Below are positions 60,547-64,000 of a stretch of DNA of 64,000 nucleotides, piece after piece. The position numbers and the translations under genes are program-made. Location of the stretch: positions 256,001-320,000 of the forward strand of contig JBHLMN010000001.1 of assembly GCA_048938105.1 (NCBI GenBank), read 5' to 3'. Source of the stretch: Promethearchaeota archaeon. GTDB lineage: Archaea; Asgardarchaeota; Heimdallarchaeia; Hodarchaeales; Hodarchaeaceae. The notes under the pieces were generated by a model. It saw only the letters and a list, made by a program, of their open reading frames with translations. It ran no database searches and was not told the DNA's origin. Within the stretch, counting starts at the first letter, position 1; each line of letters opens with the position of its first letter.

Positions 60547-61669
60547 ATGGATCATTATTTTAGGGAGTATTATATGGAGCTTGTACATTGTTATCCCTCT
60601 CTTGGCTACAGGTTACCTTCATTCCCCACTATCTTATAAAACCTCTTTTAGCTACGATTTTAAGTTTAACAGTACACGAGCCTATGATATTATCCAAAAA
60701 CAAGTCAATTTGGGACCTCGTTATCCTGGTTCTGAAGGAATTCAAAAAATTAGGGGATTGATAGCTTCAGAAATCCTCCCAACTCAAAAGTGGGTTATTT
60801 CTTATCAAAATTTCTCAAAGAATTGGATAGATGGCCAAGAAGTAAAACTAGTAAACATTATCTGCAATCCAATTGATCGTAATACAACAGAGCAATCCTT
60901 TTTCTTAATGGCTCATTATGATACACGCTTATGGGCTGATGAAGATCCAAATCCTTCAAAACAAGAAGAACATGTTCTTGGTGCAAATGATGGTGCTTCA
61001 GGAGTAGCAATAGTACTAGAATTAGGGAGGGTATTGCTAGAAGACTACAATGTGACAAATTTTCAACTCATTTTTTTTGATGGTGAAGATCAAGGAGGTA
61101 TTCATGGTTGGGATTGGTTAGTTGGATCTCGATTTTATGTTGAATCTGAACGATTTAGGAGTCAGAATTTGTCGTTTGCAATTCTTTTTGATATGGTCGC
61201 GGGGAAAGATGCCACATTTAAACGAGAAAAGTATTCTGATCAATATGTAGGCAAACTTGTAAATCAGATTTGGAACGAAGCAGCAAACCTAGGATTTAGT
61301 AACTATTTTTTGAATCAATCTGGAGATCACATATTAGATGATCATTTCCCTTTTATTCAAAAAGGATTCTCTGCTATTGACATTATTGATGATTTTGTTC
61401 ATCGTTTCAAACCTTGGCATACAAGTTTTGATAATATGACTTTTATTGACACTAAAACCCTAGAGGCAGTTGGATATACCTTAGAATCGGTGTTAATACA
61501 TCTTTCAGCCTCAATGGAATGGTTGTTTAGTCTTTCAACCTTTCAGTTTCAAACTTCAATCATTTTCTTTGATTTTTTGAATGGTTATCTTCTAATAACA
61601 TTTGAAACAATATACCGTAAAAGAAGGAATTCACATAAACGGATTTATCAATTCTTCATTGAAAATTAA
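60521..61669 (+). CDS. M28 family metallopeptidase / glutaminyl cyclase-like
   Basis: N-terminal TM; AHYDT, GANDGASG, FDGED, DMV, DDH.PF, WHT. Confidence 0.9.
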   Translation: MKKKMHPIKWIIILGSIIWSLYIVIPLLATGYLHSPLSYKTSFSYDFKFNSTRAYDIIQKQVNLGPRYPGSEGIQKIRGLIASEILPTQKWVISYQNFSKNWIDGQEVKLVNIICNPIDRNTTEQSFFLMAHYDTRLWADEDPNPSKQEEHVLGANDGASGVAIVLELGRVLLEDYNVTNFQLIFFDGEDQGGIHGWDWLVGSRFYVESERFRSQNLSFAILFDMVAGKDATFKREKYSDQYVGKLVNQIWNEAANLGFSNYFLNQSGDHILDDHFPFIQKGFSAIDIIDDFVHRFKPWHTSFDNMTFIDTKTLEAVGYTLESVLIHLSASMEWLFSLSTFQFQTSIIFFDFLNGYLLITFETIYRKRRNSHKRIYQFFIEN

Positions 61670-61785
61670 TAAACATTATTCTTATATAGAAACATAGATC
61701 AAAAATAGATCAAGAATTTTCGAATAAAGCTCAAAGTGATAAAGTATTTATTTTGTGTCTCAAACCTGACGCAAAACAGTAAGAG

Positions 61786-62259
61786 ATGACAATTATGGCT
61801 ACGACTAAAGAACTAAACACACAATTAACGTTTAGACCTCTTACAGTGGATGATGTTGATACTATTGTAAGAATTGATCACCAAATTCTTCGACGAGAAC
61901 GTTCCAAGTTATTTCATGATCAATTGCGTGAACAAATACAAAAGCATGGCGAAGAGAGTTTTGCAGCATGTAATGCTGATGGGGCACTCATAGGATACCT
62001 CGTCGCTGAAACTGTGGTCTATATTTACGGAGAAGATGACCTCAGTGCATGGATCATTCTGCTAGGAGTTGATCCTGACCATCAGGACAAAGGTGTGGGA
62101 ACAGCTCTCGTAAAACAAGCAATTGACTACTTCAGTCAAAAGGGAATTAAAACAATTCGAACAATTTGTGCGTGGAATTGGGGTGATTTAGTCGAATTTT
62201 TTAGCTCAGTTGGATTCAACCTCTCCACTTACTTGACATTGGAACTTAACATTGGATAA
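61786..62259 (+). CDS. GNAT acetyltransferase
   Basis: LGVDPDHQDKGVG motif A; FFSSVGF. Confidence 0.9.
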   Translation: MTIMATTKELNTQLTFRPLTVDDVDTIVRIDHQILRRERSKLFHDQLREQIQKHGEESFAACNADGALIGYLVAETVVYIYGEDDLSAWIILLGVDPDHQDKGVGTALVKQAIDYFSQKGIKTIRTICAWNWGDLVEFFSSVGFNLSTYLTLELNIG

Positions 62260-62272
62260 CGTCCATAGGAGT

Positions 62273-62428
62273 ATGAAAATATTGAGTGAACTCATCCGAC
62301 AAAGTAAATTCGAAGTTTATGGTGAAGAAATGTTAGAAAAAGAAGTAAAGAAGAGCGGGAATAGCGGTCGGGTATATCTACCACCCTCTTGGATCGGAAA
62401 ACGGGTGAAAATAATTCGAATGGACTGA
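62273..62428 (+). CDS. DUF2080-like small protein (51 aa; missed by ORF track)
   Basis: Manual translation MKILSELIRQSKFEVYGEEMLEKEVKKSGNSGRVYLPPSWIGKRVKIIRMD; SD AGGAG upstream. Confidence 0.8.
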   Translation: MKILSELIRQSKFEVYGEEMLEKEVKKSGNSGRVYLPPSWIGKRVKIIRMD

Positions 62429-62449
62429 CGATTTACCTTTTATGATTTC

Positions 62450-63700
62450 TCAATCTGTGTTTGGAACATCCATTATGGATGCTTTCTTATCCTTCTTTTT
62501 TAATAAAGACTGAGTATTGTCGCGAAGCTCGGAAATCATGACCCCTGATTCTTTGTATAAATTATTAACTTGACCCAGATCAAAGTAAAGATCATTTTCA
62601 ATCCATTTATATTTTCGGTACTTATAAAGCGAAATACTGCCAATTCTAGATTCAATAGCGGGAATATCCCTCTGTATGAGAGTCTTGAGCTCTTCAACTG
62701 ATAAATTTGCTAGTTTAGCGAAGTTCTCTGAAACAAAGACTTTACATCTCTCCAGTTCAGTCTTAATCTTTACCAATTCGGCTTGATATTCTACAATAAT
62801 TGGATCTTTTATCTCTCTACAAATTTTTGAGACCATATCATTGTCAACATTAAACAAATACTCATCATAGTACTGAATAGCGATTAAGCTATCTCCCTGG
62901 GCTGCCTTCTCAATTTCTGAAACAATGACTTCAGATGGTAATTGTTGTAACGCCCAAATTGCTTTTCCTTGAACATCTACATCCTTATCTTTAGTTAGCT
63001 GTAATAGAGGAAGAACAGACTCACCACGATTAATTTTTCCCAGAGCTTCTGCAGCATTTGCACGAGTTCCTTTATCTTTATCTTTTAAAGATTTTATTAA
63101 AGCATTAAGAGCCCTTGCATCTTGTAATTCACCAAGACTCCAACTCATTTCTCGTCGAGCATATTCTTCAGGTTCCTTCTCCAGCGCTTTTATCAAAGGT
63201 TCAACAGCACTATGAATCTTAATCTGTCCTATGGCATGAGCAGCATTTTCTCGTATTTCAGAACTTTCATTATCATAAAGGGCTTTGATTAGACTCTGGC
63301 CTGCCTCATTAGCTACATCTCCCATTTCCCCCAATTGTTTAGCAACCATAGCACGAAAGTCTGGATCCTCATCAGATTCTAAATACTTAATAAGGGGGCC
63401 AATAGTTGATTTATTTGCGATTTCGCCTAGAGCTTCAACAGCACCAAATCTTACTGTCCAATAATCTATTGATGGGTTTAATGCGGCTAGTATTTTTGGT
63501 ATAGCCATCTGAGGATTGTTTTTACCCAAGGTAACTAGTTGATTGACTGCTGATGCGCGAATAAGTAACTGATGACTCTCTAACGCTCGTAACATAACAT
63601 CGCACAAAGCATCAGGAGGGAGTTCCTGGTCATCAGGTATTTGCATGATTTTTCGAATAGCAGGATCGATATCTTCATCTTTATCTGGTATCATAGTCAT
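62450..63700 (-). CDS. HEAT-repeat (PBS lyase-like) protein with helical C-terminus
   Basis: Repeated VRxxAxxALG / LIxALxD units. Confidence 0.9.
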   Translation of the reverse strand: MTMIPDKDEDIDPAIRKIMQIPDDQELPPDALCDVMLRALESHQLLIRASAVNQLVTLGKNNPQMAIPKILAALNPSIDYWTVRFGAVEALGEIANKSTIGPLIKYLESDEDPDFRAMVAKQLGEMGDVANEAGQSLIKALYDNESSEIRENAAHAIGQIKIHSAVEPLIKALEKEPEEYARREMSWSLGELQDARALNALIKSLKDKDKGTRANAAEALGKINRGESVLPLLQLTKDKDVDVQGKAIWALQQLPSEVIVSEIEKAAQGDSLIAIQYYDEYLFNVDNDMVSKICREIKDPIIVEYQAELVKIKTELERCKVFVSENFAKLANLSVEELKTLIQRDIPAIESRIGSISLYKYRKYKWIENDLYFDLGQVNNLYKESGVMISELRDNTQSLLKKKDKKASIMDVPNTD

Positions 63701-63723
63701 TTCTCCTTAAATAAGTATATTTC

Positions 63724-64000
63724 TTAACCGATCCGAACCTCTACTATTTGTTGCTTCGTTCGCAAGTTAGAAGACAAGAAACGCCCTTCTACTGAAGATA
63801 ATTCCATCATCAGTGGGTTGTTTGTCCAAGAACAACGAATTGAAGCTCCCTCAAAAACCCGTTCTGTTATCTCTGGATTTCCTCGTACTATAACTGGTTC
63901 CTGAAACTCAAATCCATTTTTACTTTTCTTTATTTGTAAAAAGAAAACAGAAAGTGCTATCCCTCGTTTCATCATACTAGAAACATTTTCCTCTACCTCA
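63724..64000 (-). CDS. Partial hypothetical protein (5' end probably outside window)
   Basis: The frame of track ORF 63724-63975 stays open to the window end. Confidence 0.5.
   Translation of the reverse strand, partial: EVEENVSSMMKRGIALSVFFLQIKKSKNGFEFQEPVIVRGNPEITERVFEGASIRCSWTNNPLMMELSSVEGRFLSSNLRTKQQIVEVRIG

Noticed and set aside
3336-61058. Many short track ORFs antisense to or nested in long genes (e.g. 6578-6892, 17228-17599, 25889-26209, 31713-32132, 44831-45241)
   Set aside because: Shadow ORFs of well-supported genes, with no motifs of their own

Overview
AT-rich archaeal chromosomal window, very likely Asgard (Heimdallarchaeia/Hodarchaeales-like; inferred from gene content). Core archaeal genes (Hef, CDC48, NreA, EndoQ-like, PAC2, MptA, TrpB2, R15P isomerase, DUF61, SRP RNA) are interleaved with many eukaryotic-signature proteins: several longin and roadblock proteins, a folliculin-like uDENN/longin protein, Arf-like and Rab-like GTPases, a TM-anchored RING protein, a Yip1 protein and a polyproline protein. 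The best candidates for undescribed systems are: (1) an operon coupling a divergent CetZ/tubulin-family GTPase to a 1170-aa all-helical rod protein and a 359-aa orphan (24.0-30.0 kb); (2) a translationally coupled cassette of two paralogous AAA+/winged-helix ATPases plus a degenerate Mrr-like nuclease (7.8-10.7 kb); (3) a Yip1 / roadblock pair / Rab-like GTPase / MinD-longin cluster (49.2-54.3 kb); (4) an SRP RNA that appears to combine archaeal helix 1 with a eukaryote-type helix 7; (5) a five-hairpin leader upstream of a small Zn-ribbon gene. I saw no rRNA, tRNA, CRISPR array or intact transposase. All family calls come from motif recognition by eye; no database searches were run.
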